From Spirochaetes bacterium ADurb.Bin133 (GTDB lineage Bacteria; Spirochaetota; GWE2-31-10; MWDO01), in contig MWDO01000002.1 in assembly GCA_002070605.1 (NCBI GenBank), positions 40,723 to 104,722 of the forward strand: DNA of 64,000 nt, written 5' to 3'. The position numbers and the translations under genes are program-made. Below are positions 18,644-29,427 of this stretch, piece by piece (position 1 is the first letter of the stretch; the number at the start of each line of letters is the position of its first letter). The notes under the pieces were generated by a model. It was given only the letters and a program-made list of their open reading frames with translations, had not been told where the DNA came from and did no database searches.

Positions 18644-19603
18644 TCAGTTTCGTATGATCTCAAACCCTTTATACAAAAATGGGGAGTAATACAACTCGTC
18701 CGCTACTATTAAAGTTTTTTTAATAGTAGATATATAACTCTCCAATTTAGCCGCCGCTATATCTTGGTTGTAAAAATAAATAGTCTTATAATACGATTTG
18801 ACGAAGTTGTAAAGCCCCGACGAAGACCAATCTATAACCGACGAATTCGTATCTAAGTTTATACCCAACTCATTATAAATCCTCCAAACGACTTTAGTAC
18901 AATACCACCAGTAGTTATCTTCCTTAGTCGTCGCCGAAAAAATATTCGCAAAATTATTAAAAAATCCGTATCTCATATTGGTATTTCTCGCGTCGCAGTA
19001 ATAATCCATTTTTTTTTGAGATAAATCAAGTTTATTTTTATCTATATAACTGCGCGAATATAAAACGGCGACGTTAGGCTTACGCATCCATTGATTTGGA
19101 GTTTCAAAGCCGGCGCCTTTTATTACGGCGCTATGCAGACACGGAGAGTCCAGATTAGTCGGGTCAAATTTATCCAGATCGAGCGTCGCCGCGTGATAGT
19201 ATTTGCCTCTCGTCGATTTGGGAGAGACGTATGTAATAATAGCGGACAAAATCCCGTCGTAACCCCCGCTAAGATACACCGCTCCGTCTTTATTGAATGG
19301 AAGAGAGCTAATCGGAGAGTAACTCCCTTCGCCGGACAATCTATCGATCGCGGCGTTTTTCTCCATAATAAAATTTTCATAAAGATCGGAATTATATTTT
19401 CCATCATACTCTTGGAGTAGATTTTCAAACTCCTCTTCAACTTTTTCATCTCCCTCTTGAAAAGCTCTTGAGTAAAGTTCGAACATTTTTGACACTTCGG
19501 CATTGAGAGTTTCTTCTTCGGCCGTCTCATTTTCGTCAAAAACGTTTGTCCGACAAGATATCAAAGCTAACGTAAGCGCGATAAATAGTAATACTTTTTT
19601 CAT
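18644..19603 (-). CDS. hypothetical lipoprotein
   Basis: signal peptide with LISC lipobox; 319 aa. Confidence 0.5.
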   Translation of the reverse strand: MKKVLLFIALTLALISCRTNVFDENETAEEETLNAEVSKMFELYSRAFQEGDEKVEEEFENLLQEYDGKYNSDLYENFIMEKNAAIDRLSGEGSYSPISSLPFNKDGAVYLSGGYDGILSAIITYVSPKSTRGKYYHAATLDLDKFDPTNLDSPCLHSAVIKGAGFETPNQWMRKPNVAVLYSRSYIDKNKLDLSQKKMDYYCDARNTNMRYGFFNNFANIFSATTKEDNYWWYCTKVVWRIYNELGINLDTNSSVIDWSSSGLYNFVKSYYKTIYFYNQDIAAAKLESYISTIKKTLIVADELYYSPFLYKGFEIIRN

Positions 19604-19765
19604 AATAATCTCCTCTTTGTTATTTATATATAAATAACAACTAAAAGTTGATTTCGTTATACAGATTTTACAAAAATTAATTAATTATTTTTATGTTAAT
19701 ATTTATGTTAATATAAAGATAAAAAGCCGAACGCAATAAATTAACGCCAAAATTTTTAAGAAATT

Positions 19766-20395
19766 TTAAAATTTATACTCGCAAATATTTTCAATAATAT
19801 CTATTAGAGATTCTGATAATAATTTCGAGGCAGCGTCGAGATTATTTAAGAAATCGCTATCGACCTCCCCGTATCCATAGTCCGTCCCGACTAAGAGAGG
19901 GATAAAAACTGCGCCGCTTAGATTTTGCGCAACGTAATAACATTCCATATCGACAAAAGCTCCGTCTGTTTTTGCATAATTCTGCCTTAAATCTTTATTA
20001 TTCAGAGCTTTTTCCAAAGAAATAACCTTTTTCTCCGCTAAAGTTATTTTTTTTTGATCTTTAATATAATTCTCAGCTTTTTTATCGATAGCTATTACTT
20101 CGTCGCCGTCGGAGATAAAAAGCGGGACGTAACGCCTAAGAATATCAAAATCGTCGTCTAAAACGGCGCAAGTTCCGGCTTTGATGAAGATAGAATTTTC
20201 CGTATCAAAACTTGAGTTTGAGAAAAAATTCTCAACGGCGCTTTTTCCGACTCCGGTAATAAAAACTTTTATCGACGCGTCTTTATATTCGCCATTATAA
20301 GCGGCGCTTGAAATCTTAGAAAATTTTATCTTTGAACGATATAAGAAATTATTCGCTTCGTTCGGAAGAGCAAAAAAAATAATTATTTTTTTCAA
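19766..20395 (-). CDS. phosphorylase-family-1 nucleosidase (MTA/SAH nucleosidase Pfs / futalosine hydrolase-like)
   Basis: GVGKSAV, AGTCAVLDDD, VDMECYYVAQN correspond to MTAN GIGKVAAA / GSAGGL / VEMEATAIA motifs; 209 aa. Confidence 0.6.
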   Translation of the reverse strand: MKKIIIFFALPNEANNFLYRSKIKFSKISSAAYNGEYKDASIKVFITGVGKSAVENFFSNSSFDTENSIFIKAGTCAVLDDDFDILRRYVPLFISDGDEVIAIDKKAENYIKDQKKITLAEKKVISLEKALNNKDLRQNYAKTDGAFVDMECYYVAQNLSGAVFIPLLVGTDYGYGEVDSDFLNNLDAASKLLSESLIDIIENICEYKF

Positions 20396-20405
20396 TATAT
20401 CCCGC

Positions 20406-21728
20406 CTACAACAAATTCGACGCTAGTTCGGCGAGCTCCGATCGTTCCCCTTTATCGAGAGTAACGTGCGCGTATAACTTTTGCCCTTTAAACTTATCTA
20501 TCAGATAACTAAGTCCGTTCGATTTCGAGTCAAGATAAGGGGTGTCGATCTGATAAGGGTCGCCGGTAAAAACTATCTTAGTATTGGCTCCGACCCTGGT
20601 GATTATCGTTTTTATCTCGTGCGGAGTAAGATTTTGCGCTTCGTCCACTATAAAAAATATTCTTTCAAGCGATCTGCCCCTGATATACGCCAACGGCTCT
20701 ATAGCCAACTTTTTGTTCTCGGTAAGTTCGGTAATCTTTGCGTAATTGGTATCCGTCTCTTGAAATTGATTTTTTATGACCTTTAGGTTGTCCCAAAGCG
20801 GTTGCATATACGGATTAAGTTTTGATTGAATATCTCCCGGTAAATATCCGATATCTTTATTGCCAAGCGGTATAATCGGGCGGGAAAGATATATCTGCTT
20901 ATAGTCGGATCTTCTTTCTATAGCGCAAGCTAACGCCAACAACGTCTTTCCCGTCCCGGCTTTACCCGCAAGAGTTACTATTGGAATATCGTTATTCAAA
21001 AGCGCGTCCATAGCGAATATCTGTTCGGCGTTTCTCGGTTTGATCCCATAAGCAAAACGCTTATCAACTTTTACAATTTTTTGCGTTGCAAAATCATATC
21101 TGGCTAGAGCGGAATTTTTATTCGCCCGTAAAATAAAATATTGATTCGGATAAATACTCTCTTTTGGAATAAAAAAATCTTCTATATCTAACTCAAAGGG
21201 GGACGCGTAAAGTTTATCTATTATAGACGAATCGACGTCGTCGTAAAGAGCTTTGCCAATATAAAGTTCGTCGATATTTCGCACCGTTCCCGTTATATAA
21301 TCTTCGGAAGGTATGCCGATCGATTTGGCTTTCATTCTAAGATTGATGTCTTTCGTAACTATAACGACGTTCTCAATCTTATCGCGATTTATCATCGTAT
21401 AAGCCGCGCCCAATATCCTGTGGTCGGGCGAGTCTTCGTAAAAATATTTCTTAAAATCGTGGTTAGCATAATCCGAAGGAATTATCTTGAGATATCCCAG
21501 CCCGTTTCCTAAAGGGGCTCCGGCTTCAAAGTCGGCGTCCGTAAAAAGAGCGTCCAACTCCCTTATAAACTCTCTCGCATGAAAATTTTTGAGATCGTCT
21601 CCCTTTTTAAATTTATCAATTTCTTCGAGAACTACCATCGGGATGACAATATTATTATTCTGAAAACTATATATACAACTTGCGTCGTGCAGAATTACGT
21701 TCGTGTCTAAAATAAAATTTTTAACCAT
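20406..21728 (-). CDS. PIN-domain PhoH-like ATPase (YlaK/PhoH2 family)
   Basis: N-terminal PIN (ILDTNVILHD), C-terminal P-loop LAGKAGTGKT and PhoH region; 440 aa. Confidence 0.85.
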   Translation of the reverse strand: MVKNFILDTNVILHDASCIYSFQNNNIVIPMVVLEEIDKFKKGDDLKNFHAREFIRELDALFTDADFEAGAPLGNGLGYLKIIPSDYANHDFKKYFYEDSPDHRILGAAYTMINRDKIENVVIVTKDINLRMKAKSIGIPSEDYITGTVRNIDELYIGKALYDDVDSSIIDKLYASPFELDIEDFFIPKESIYPNQYFILRANKNSALARYDFATQKIVKVDKRFAYGIKPRNAEQIFAMDALLNNDIPIVTLAGKAGTGKTLLALACAIERRSDYKQIYLSRPIIPLGNKDIGYLPGDIQSKLNPYMQPLWDNLKVIKNQFQETDTNYAKITELTENKKLAIEPLAYIRGRSLERIFFIVDEAQNLTPHEIKTIITRVGANTKIVFTGDPYQIDTPYLDSKSNGLSYLIDKFKGQKLYAHVTLDKGERSELAELASNLL

Positions 21729-21741
21729 AATCCGTCCAATA

Positions 21742-22179
21742 TCAAAATTTTATCTCTTCGTTCAAAGTCGTCGTAGTTTCGTAAATTGTTACCGACCGCA
21801 TAAACTTATATTCCCAAATACCCGGACCAGACTTTCTGACGTAGAAATCCATTACGGTCGAGCCGTACGTATTAATACTATTTTCGTATACTTCGTCGAT
21901 CCACTTGAGATTTTGAGTATATGTATAAGTACTATTAGCGGGAACTGTAAAAGGATTTTTCTTTATCGTATAACACTCGATATCTTTAGCTTCCTGCGTC
22001 AAATCTTCGTTTTTATTAAAACCGTAATAACTCGCCTGAATTTCGGCGTTATAATCCGTATTGTTCGTTAACGTTACTTCCAGCGTCGTTTCGAATATTT
22101 CGTAATGAAAGTCTAAATTTGTCAAGAGAAAACAGGATGAATTTATCAGCGCTAAAAATAAAATTATAACTAATCTCAT
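21742..22179 (-). CDS. small hypothetical lipoprotein
   Basis: signal peptide with INSSC lipobox; 145 aa. Confidence 0.45.
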   Translation of the reverse strand: MRLVIILFLALINSSCFLLTNLDFHYEIFETTLEVTLTNNTDYNAEIQASYYGFNKNEDLTQEAKDIECYTIKKNPFTVPANSTYTYTQNLKWIDEVYENSINTYGSTVMDFYVRKSGPGIWEYKFMRSVTIYETTTTLNEEIKF

Positions 22180-22247
22180 ATCTTAGTATTATAACCAATA
22201 TTTTCAAAAAATCTAAAAAATTTGCGCATATTAATAACGCGCAAATT

Positions 22248-23003
22248 TTATCTCAGCCATTTATTTTCAAGTTGGCTAACTATCTCCGTTCCAAGAATTT
22301 TTTTTAACCCTGCGTTTATCGTATTTAAAACTTTTATATTCCCTTTTTTTACTACTATGCCGTAATACTCTTCCGTAAAAGGCGCTCCGACTATCTTTAA
22401 TTTGCCCTTATATTTATCGTTATGAAAAACATAACTAGCCGCAATCGGCGTATCCGAAACCACGCAGTCTATCGCGCCGTTAGCAAGATCCTCTATGGCA
22501 AAGCCCAGCTCGCCGTAACTTTTCAATTTAACCCCGTCAATTTTCTCTATCTCGTAAACGCCGGTCGTCCCTATCTGAGTTCCAACCGATCTTCCGACTA
22601 AGTCCTGTAAAGAGTTGCAATCGTCTTCTTCATCTCTTACTATCAATACTTGCCCGGCGTTTATATACGGAATTGAGAAATCGTATTGCTTTTTTCGCTC
22701 TTCGGTTATGGTAACGGAAGATATAATGGCGTCGTATTCTCCCGATTCAAGTCCGACAAATATGTTTTCCCATGCGACGCTTCTGATTTCCACTTTAAAT
22801 CCCCCCGCTTCCGCCGCCGCGTTTATCAAATCTATGTCAAATCCGACAATATTCCCGTTTGAGTCGATCATCTCCATAGGAGGCCACGTCGCGTCGGTCG
22901 CAACAGATATTACCCTCTCGGAAGATGCTTTTTTACATCCAAGAGTAAATAACAGAGATACTGCTACAAACGCCGTTAAAATAAATTTAATAAATTTTCC
23001 CAT
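22248..23003 (-). CDS. amino-acid ABC transporter substrate-binding lipoprotein (SBP family 3)
   Basis: TLGC lipobox; SBP_bac_3 pattern GFDIDLINAAAEAGG...YDAIISSVTIT. Confidence 0.8.
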   Translation of the reverse strand: MGKFIKFILTAFVAVSLLFTLGCKKASSERVISVATDATWPPMEMIDSNGNIVGFDIDLINAAAEAGGFKVEIRSVAWENIFVGLESGEYDAIISSVTITEERKKQYDFSIPYINAGQVLIVRDEEDDCNSLQDLVGRSVGTQIGTTGVYEIEKIDGVKLKSYGELGFAIEDLANGAIDCVVSDTPIAASYVFHNDKYKGKLKIVGAPFTEEYYGIVVKKGNIKVLNTINAGLKKILGTEIVSQLENKWLR

Positions 23004-23126
23004 TCTACGTCTCCCTAAATTCTCGCAAATAAAATATAAAGAATATTATATTAATATAAACTCAAAAAGTCAAAGATAATTAACAAATTATGAAAATTTT
23101 CTTATTTTTGTTGTTATTTTCCAACT

Positions 23127-23738
23127 TTGAAGATAATATATTTTGCCGGAGTTAATGAAAATTTTATTTTGAGAAATAGTATGGATTATAAATCAAGCGG
23201 AGATAAATCGAATAAAATTCGACTCAGAAAGGAATTCTTAAAAATCAGAAATAGTATGGATAAAAAAGAGATAATCCGGAAATCAAAACTAATATTTGAA
23301 AATATTATTCAAAACGGCGACTTTAAAGCGGCTCAAACGGTTTTCTGTTTTTTATCGTTTGGAAGCGAAGTCGTTACCGACGATATTATTTCGTATTGTC
23401 TCGAAAACAAAAAAACAGTCGCCGTACCTAAAATTAGAGACGGAATAATGACGGCTTGCGAGATAGATAAAAAAACTGAATTTTTTGTAAATAAATACGG
23501 AATTAGCGAGCCGACCGACGATAAAATTATCTTAAAAGCAAATATTGATTTAACGATAGTCCCGGCGCTAGTATATAACTCCGGCGGCTTTAGAATAGGT
23601 TACGGCGGCGGCTTTTACGACAAATTTTTAAGCGGCTATCCGGGACGTTCAATCGGGATTATATTTAAAGAGTTTATATCTGATAATTTTATACCCGACG
23701 AGAACGACGAGCCGGTCGGATACGTTATAACGGATTAA
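23127..23738 (+). CDS. 5-formyltetrahydrofolate cyclo-ligase
   Basis: GYGGGFYDKFL motif; true start may be an internal Met (23181 or later). Confidence 0.8.
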   Translation: MKIIYFAGVNENFILRNSMDYKSSGDKSNKIRLRKEFLKIRNSMDKKEIIRKSKLIFENIIQNGDFKAAQTVFCFLSFGSEVVTDDIISYCLENKKTVAVPKIRDGIMTACEIDKKTEFFVNKYGISEPTDDKIILKANIDLTIVPALVYNSGGFRIGYGGGFYDKFLSGYPGRSIGIIFKEFISDNFIPDENDEPVGYVITD

Positions 23739-23856
23739 AACTACGTTAAATGTTAAAAGAAAAACTCAAGCAATAACCGACTACGGCTCTATACGCCTTT
23801 AAAACTTTGATACTTCCGGTAAAACAATCCGTTTAAGATATTATTCAGATAAAATA

Positions 23857-23885
23857 TTGACAATTCCGTTATACTTTTTTATAAT
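23857..23885 (+). promoter_or_regulatory. sigma70-like promoter for smc: TTGACA-N17-TATAAT
   Basis: consensus hexamers read directly 33 nt upstream of the smc ATG. Confidence 0.6.
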
Positions 23886-23917
23886 GCATTAATCTACTGG
23901 GGCGGGATTCTTACGAT

Positions 23918-26716
23918 ATGTTTATAAAAAAACTCACAATTAACGGATTCAAATCATTTTGCGATCAAGCTGAAATATCTTTCGATAAAGGAATTTCGGC
24001 TATAGTCGGTCCCAACGGTTGCGGTAAATCGAATATTGTCGACGCCATCAAATGGGTAGTAGGCGAACAAAAAACCAGAGCGCTTAGAGCGAACAATATG
24101 ACGGACGTCATTTTTAAGGGGACCGAAGAACGTCGGGGGCTTGGACGCGCCGAAGTAAAACTTGTCATAGTAAACGAGAATAATATTCTCCCGATAGAAT
24201 TCAACGAAGTGGAAATATCGAGAGTAATATTCGCCAGCGGAGAGAGCGAATACTATATCAATAAACAAAAAGTCAGATTAAAAGATATTCAGGAGTTGTT
24301 CTTTGATACCGGAGTCGGCAAATCCGCATATTCCGTTATGGAACAGGGCAAAATCGATATGATTCTATCCAACAAACCTGAAGACAGAAGATACATTATA
24401 GAAGAAGCGGCGGGCATCACAAAATATAGGGTGAAAAGAGAGGAGGCCGACTCAAAATTGTATCAAGCCGAAGAGAATATAATAAGGATTAAAGACATAG
24501 TAAAAGAGGTAAAGACTCAATTCGAGCGCTCTTCGGATCAAGCTAAAAAAGCCGACGAATATAGAAGACTATACGATAGGGAAAAAGAGCTTGAAATTGA
24601 GCTTAATTTGAACAGAATAGTAAAACATAAACAAAATAAGAGCGAATTAACCGACGAACTTGAGAAAGCGACAAAAGATCTGGAACAGGTAAAAAAGCAG
24701 ATCGACTCTCTGGAAGACGGACTTGAGGAGAGAATGATTTTCTTAAACGATATGGAAAATCAAAAAATTGACAAACAGAGAGAAATATTCCAGATAGAGA
24801 GCGAAATTAGAATTTTAACGTCGAGAAATTCGTCGTTAAAAGAGCAATTGATAACGCATATATCCGGCCTCAAGTCCGAAAAAGAAAAAATAGATATGGC
24901 GGATAAAAAAATTGCCGAATTGTCCGACGAAGTCAAAGGAATCGAAGACGCTAGAATCGAAATGGAAGAGAAACTTTTAAATCTTGTAAAAGACGAAGGG
25001 TTTTACAATTCCAGCGTTACGGATATAGAAACGAGAGTTAAAAATAACGAAGAGACGATCTTAAATATCAAAAAAGAGGTCGACTCTTTAAACCGGCGCG
25101 TAGAAGAGAGACGGGTTGAACACAAAAATATAACGGATAAAATGATCGAAAGAATCGATCAGATATTGAATTTAATCGACGTAGACTCTTCCGAAATTAT
25201 TAAAATAAAAGAGAATCTAAAGATAAAAATTAAAAATATAAGCGAAGAATTGCCAAAAAGAAGAGCTTTTATAGACGATATTGTTAATTCGGGGTTTATA
25301 TCTAAAAATTCATCTGAAATAATCAATATTCTTAAGGAATTAAAAGAAAAAATTGTATCCATTGAAACAAATTTATTTGAAGTTGATAGAGACTTAAACG
25401 CCTATATAAAATCTACCGAAGTTTTTATGGACGATCTCTTTAATCCCGAAGGGATAATTCAGACAAAGAAAAGAATAGAGATCGATATAAATAAAACAAT
25501 TGAAAATATCAAAAAATCAAACGAACATATCGAAAGACTGCAAATAGAAAACAGAGAGAACAACGTAAAGAAAGAGGAGTATAAAGACGTTTTACACAAT
25601 ATCCGAATAAACATTTCCACTATAAGAGAAAAAACCAACTCGATGGATAAAGAGTTGTCGAGAATTCTCTATCTCAAAGATAGTATAGAAAACGGCAAAG
25701 ACGAAGCGGCTCGAAAAGCGGAATTTCTTGAATCGAAGATAGACGATATTAGGGACGAACTTGCCGATATTGAGACTAAGTTAAACTCGATGAAAAACGA
25801 CAAAGAGGGTTTAGAAAAAAGAATCAGAGAGCTAGACCTCGGAATACAAAAAGAGAATTCTAAAATGTCCGAAGAACAAAAATACGTCAAAGAAGTTAAT
25901 CAACGATGGGAAAATAAAAAAGGTCAAATCGAGAGATTGAATTTAAAAATTACGGAAGCGACTACTACCATCAACAATATTTACGACAGTTTTTACGAAA
26001 ATCTATCAATAAATTTATCCGAATACGAATCTAAAGGGGGATATATAACAAACAGATCCTACGAAGAGGTAAGAAAAGAGCTCTCGGAGGTAAGAAACGG
26101 GAGACAGAGTCTCGGAAACGTCAACCTAATGGCTATAGAAGAGTGTAAAGCGTTGGAAGACAGATATAAATTGCTAAGCGAACAGTTAGATGATCTAGAA
26201 AAATCTAAAAAAGATACTATCCAGATGATTTCAGAAATAAATAAAATTTCTGAAGAGATGTTTTTAAAAACTTTCAATCAAATTAAGATTAATTTTCATA
26301 AAATTTTTAGAAAATTATTCGACGGCGGCAACGCTGAAATAACTTTGACCGATCCAAAAAATCTTTTAGAGACGGGAATCGATATCATCGCTCATCCCCC
26401 CGGACAAAAATTCCAGAATATTACCCTGCTTTCCGGCGGGCAACGAACGATGACGGCTATATCGCTAATGTTTGCCACCTTTTTAGTTAAGCCCTCTCCG
26501 TTTTGTATTTTGGACGAAATAGACGCGGCTCTCGACGAAGAAAACGTCGCGCGATTTATAAACTTGCTAAAAGAATTTAAAGAGACCAGTCAATTTGTTA
26601 TTATTACGCATAATAAAAAAACAATAACAGCTTCGGACGTTATGTATGGAGTAACTCAGGAGCAAAAGGGGATATCAAAAATTGTTTCCGCAAAATTTGT
26701 TGAAAAAGTCGAGTGA
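23918..26716 (+). CDS. smc: chromosome segregation protein SMC (short form, 932 aa)
   Basis: Walker A GPNGCGKSN, long coiled coils, signature LSGGQRTMTAISL, Walker B ILDEIDAALD. Confidence 0.92.
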   Translation: MFIKKLTINGFKSFCDQAEISFDKGISAIVGPNGCGKSNIVDAIKWVVGEQKTRALRANNMTDVIFKGTEERRGLGRAEVKLVIVNENNILPIEFNEVEISRVIFASGESEYYINKQKVRLKDIQELFFDTGVGKSAYSVMEQGKIDMILSNKPEDRRYIIEEAAGITKYRVKREEADSKLYQAEENIIRIKDIVKEVKTQFERSSDQAKKADEYRRLYDREKELEIELNLNRIVKHKQNKSELTDELEKATKDLEQVKKQIDSLEDGLEERMIFLNDMENQKIDKQREIFQIESEIRILTSRNSSLKEQLITHISGLKSEKEKIDMADKKIAELSDEVKGIEDARIEMEEKLLNLVKDEGFYNSSVTDIETRVKNNEETILNIKKEVDSLNRRVEERRVEHKNITDKMIERIDQILNLIDVDSSEIIKIKENLKIKIKNISEELPKRRAFIDDIVNSGFISKNSSEIINILKELKEKIVSIETNLFEVDRDLNAYIKSTEVFMDDLFNPEGIIQTKKRIEIDINKTIENIKKSNEHIERLQIENRENNVKKEEYKDVLHNIRINISTIREKTNSMDKELSRILYLKDSIENGKDEAARKAEFLESKIDDIRDELADIETKLNSMKNDKEGLEKRIRELDLGIQKENSKMSEEQKYVKEVNQRWENKKGQIERLNLKITEATTTINNIYDSFYENLSINLSEYESKGGYITNRSYEEVRKELSEVRNGRQSLGNVNLMAIEECKALEDRYKLLSEQLDDLEKSKKDTIQMISEINKISEEMFLKTFNQIKINFHKIFRKLFDGGNAEITLTDPKNLLETGIDIIAHPPGQKFQNITLLSGGQRTMTAISLMFATFLVKPSPFCILDEIDAALDEENVARFINLLKEFKETSQFVIITHNKKTITASDVMYGVTQEQKGISKIVSAKFVEKVE

Positions 26717-27116
26717 TTTTTTCAGGAAAATAAAAAAACTTGTTCTCGATTTAGTAAATAATAACTTCGCCGAAGTTATGAAAATTATTCTGGTTATCGG
26801 CGGAGTCGTTATTGCAATAACTTTAATATTATCTTTCATGATATCCGGCGGCGTTAAAAAGGTCGATACGACGGCTATCGAATCTATAAAGGAAGATTTT
26901 GGAATCGAATCGGAAATAGATTTCTTAACCAATAACGAACTTTTATTTCCCCAAAACAGCGTCTTCGACCTTTCGCTCGATTATATTGATTTAATGTCAA
27001 TTAAGGAGTTTAAATTGCCGAAAATAGATATAATAATACAAGATTACGAAAATATTTTAAAAGATTCCATAGAGGAGGATCTAAAGTTTAATTTTGAAAA
27101 GAGGGGGGGAAAATGA
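26682..27116 (+). CDS. hypothetical membrane-anchored protein (start probably internal, near 26780)
   Basis: single TM helix IILVIGGVVIAITLILSFMI; overlaps smc 3' end in listed frame. Confidence 0.4.
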   Translation: MFPQNLLKKSSDFFRKIKKLVLDLVNNNFAEVMKIILVIGGVVIAITLILSFMISGGVKKVDTTAIESIKEDFGIESEIDFLTNNELLFPQNSVFDLSLDYIDLMSIKEFKLPKIDIIIQDYENILKDSIEEDLKFNFEKRGGK

Positions 27117-28633
27117 GGTTCTTAAAAAACATCGGCGCTTTGCTCGTCTGTCTATCGCTTGTAGCGTGCGGCGCTACCGGACCCGCCGTGAAAGAGTCTA
27201 TTCGTCCGAACGTCGACTCGGATACCTTCCATTCAAAGAAAATAACTAAAGATACCATAATAAGCGTCGACGACGAAGATTATTATCTCCCGGTTCCTAA
27301 GTCCTCTCCGGTAAGTTATCAGAAGAAGCGGGATAATATTAACATTTATAGAATTGACGATTATATCGTAGATGTAAGCCCGAAAAAAACTAATAAAATT
27401 GAAACTCAAGTCGACGCAATAAATAAAACAGATATTTTTTCAAGCGCCTCCGCAAATGAAACGGTCGATAAAAATATTTTAAATAAAAAAGTCAAAGACA
27501 ATCCAATTATTACAAACTCGACAATCAAAGAACTAACCGAAGAGAAAACGCCGTTTTCCGCCGAAATCGATTCAAATTTCCCTAACGACTTTAGCAGTCT
27601 TGATAGCGACAAAAATATTTTAAGCTACGCTATCGAAATTGAAGATAAAAATTACGATCTTTCTAACAACGAAAAAATCAGAGACGTTAAAATAATCGAA
27701 AATAAAATAATAGAGATTGCGGGGGAAGAGAACGGCGAACTTTCAATCTCTTTAAAGGGATCAAATTGGATTCTGAGAAAGATCGAGCCGGATTATATAA
27801 AATTAACGGAAAGAACAAATACTGAAAATAATACCGCTTTTATCTTTAATATTTTATCGGTAGGGAAAGTAGATGCGTTGTTTACAAGATTTGACGCAAA
27901 AAACAACTATATTGAGAGACAAAGCTATGTTATTGTAATAAAACCGAAAGAATTTGTCGTAAAGAACGCAAATTCTAAAGAAAATAATAATACAACTAAA
28001 ACGAATACTTTGACGGATAAAAATCTAACCAACGAAAACAATAAAAAAATCGCCCTAGACTTGTTTAATTCGAAAAAATATGGCGAATCTAAAGATATTT
28101 ACGAAAAAATATTAAAAAACGGAGGCGTCGACGGCGAAATATATTATAACCTCGGTAAAATTAATTACGCCTTAGGAGATAAGGAGAAAGCCGTCGATAA
28201 CTTTACGCTTAATCTTGGTATAAAGGATAACCCGTTTTATAAAAAATCTTTTTTTGAACTCATAAATACCTATAAAGAAACAAAAAGATACAGAGAAGCC
28301 GTCGACGCTTTTAACAAACATAAAAAAGACGAGTTTTCCGGCGATAAAGATGTCGCGATAATTTTGGCAGATTTATATTATCTGATCGAAAGTTACGGTC
28401 CGGCTATTGCGGAATATAGGAAGATATTAAATATGTTTCCTGAAACTAATATTGAAGACAAAGCGCTGTTTTATCTGGCAAATTCTCTTGAAAAAGATAA
28501 AATTAATCCCGATTATAAAGAATCTTACAGATTATATAAGATTTTAGTAAACAAATTTCCGGAGTCCAAATATTACCAGATCAGTAAAAACAGACTTCTA
28601 TTTCTTGAAAGGCATTATTTAAAGGTAAATTAA
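27113..28633 (+). CDS. TPR-repeat lipoprotein
   Basis: LVAC lipobox; Asn/Lys-rich linker; C-terminal TPR-like repeats. Confidence 0.6.
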   Translation: MRFLKNIGALLVCLSLVACGATGPAVKESIRPNVDSDTFHSKKITKDTIISVDDEDYYLPVPKSSPVSYQKKRDNINIYRIDDYIVDVSPKKTNKIETQVDAINKTDIFSSASANETVDKNILNKKVKDNPIITNSTIKELTEEKTPFSAEIDSNFPNDFSSLDSDKNILSYAIEIEDKNYDLSNNEKIRDVKIIENKIIEIAGEENGELSISLKGSNWILRKIEPDYIKLTERTNTENNTAFIFNILSVGKVDALFTRFDAKNNYIERQSYVIVIKPKEFVVKNANSKENNNTTKTNTLTDKNLTNENNKKIALDLFNSKKYGESKDIYEKILKNGGVDGEIYYNLGKINYALGDKEKAVDNFTLNLGIKDNPFYKKSFFELINTYKETKRYREAVDAFNKHKKDEFSGDKDVAIILADLYYLIESYGPAIAEYRKILNMFPETNIEDKALFYLANSLEKDKINPDYKESYRLYKILVNKFPESKYYQISKNRLLFLERHYLKVN

Positions 28634-28644
28634 ACAAAAAAGAC

Positions 28645-28674
28645 TTGACAAATAGCGTCGTTAAATTTTACAAT
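28645..28674 (+). promoter_or_regulatory. sigma70-like promoter TTGACA-N18-TACAAT upstream of LolA-like gene
   Basis: read directly; followed by AAGGAG SD and GTG start at 28713. Confidence 0.55.
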
Positions 28675-28712
28675 AGCGCTATCGCGGCGATTTTAAGGAG
28701 ACCGTTATCTTA

Positions 28713-29423
28713 GTGAAAAAATATTTTTTTATTTTCTGTTTTGTCGTTTTTATCTTTTCGGCGTACGGCGAAGACGAGCTTTTAAGCGCAAAAGATTTAC
28801 TTCAAAAATACTCGGACAGTTTCAAGAAAAATGTCGCGGACTATGAAGCCGACATAACCTGGACTCAAGATAATAACGTCCAAAAAGGCAAAGTATATTT
28901 TAAAAACCCTCAAAAGTTAAGAATAAATTTTACGGAACCAAACAGACAGGTAATATGTACAAACGGATACTATCTCTGGGTATATATCGACTATTTGAGT
29001 CTTGTACTTAAACAGGAAATTTTAGCGAAAGAAAAGACTAAAAATTCCGACGGAAAAATAGAAACCGTCGTCAATCCGATATTAATTAATCCTATGGGTT
29101 TTGATAAATTTTTAACCTCTTACTCCATAGAATATTTTGAAACTAAAAATGTATCGGAATACAAAGACGGTTCGAAAGTTTATACGTTGAAATTATTAAG
29201 ATGGCGCTCCTCAAAAAACGGATTTAATACCGTTTTTCTTACTATTCAAGACAACGGTATAATCAGAAAAATAGAGGGAATTACCGCGGCTTACAAAAAA
29301 ATTACTTTAGAAATAGATAATTTAAAATTAAACTCAAAAATTAGCGATTTGTTATTTAACTATGAACCGCCCGCGTCGGCTAACGTTGTAGATAACTTTA
29401 TATCAAATCAGGGAGATAGTTGA
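28713..29423 (+). CDS. LolA-like outer-membrane lipoprotein carrier / sorting-fold protein
   Basis: signal peptide; N-terminal LolA-like pattern (KGKVYFKNPQKLRINFTEPNRQVICTNGYYLWVY); GTG start. Confidence 0.55.
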   Translation: MKKYFFIFCFVVFIFSAYGEDELLSAKDLLQKYSDSFKKNVADYEADITWTQDNNVQKGKVYFKNPQKLRINFTEPNRQVICTNGYYLWVYIDYLSLVLKQEILAKEKTKNSDGKIETVVNPILINPMGFDKFLTSYSIEYFETKNVSEYKDGSKVYTLKLLRWRSSKNGFNTVFLTIQDNGIIRKIEGITAAYKKITLEIDNLKLNSKISDLLFNYEPPASANVVDNFISNQGDS

Positions 29424-29427
29424 AAGT

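Noticed and set aside
19700-19730. Tandem TTATGTTAATA direct repeats upstream of the lipoprotein gene
   Set aside because: It is a simple AT-rich repeat with only two copies. It was not seen elsewhere in the window, so it is likely incidental.
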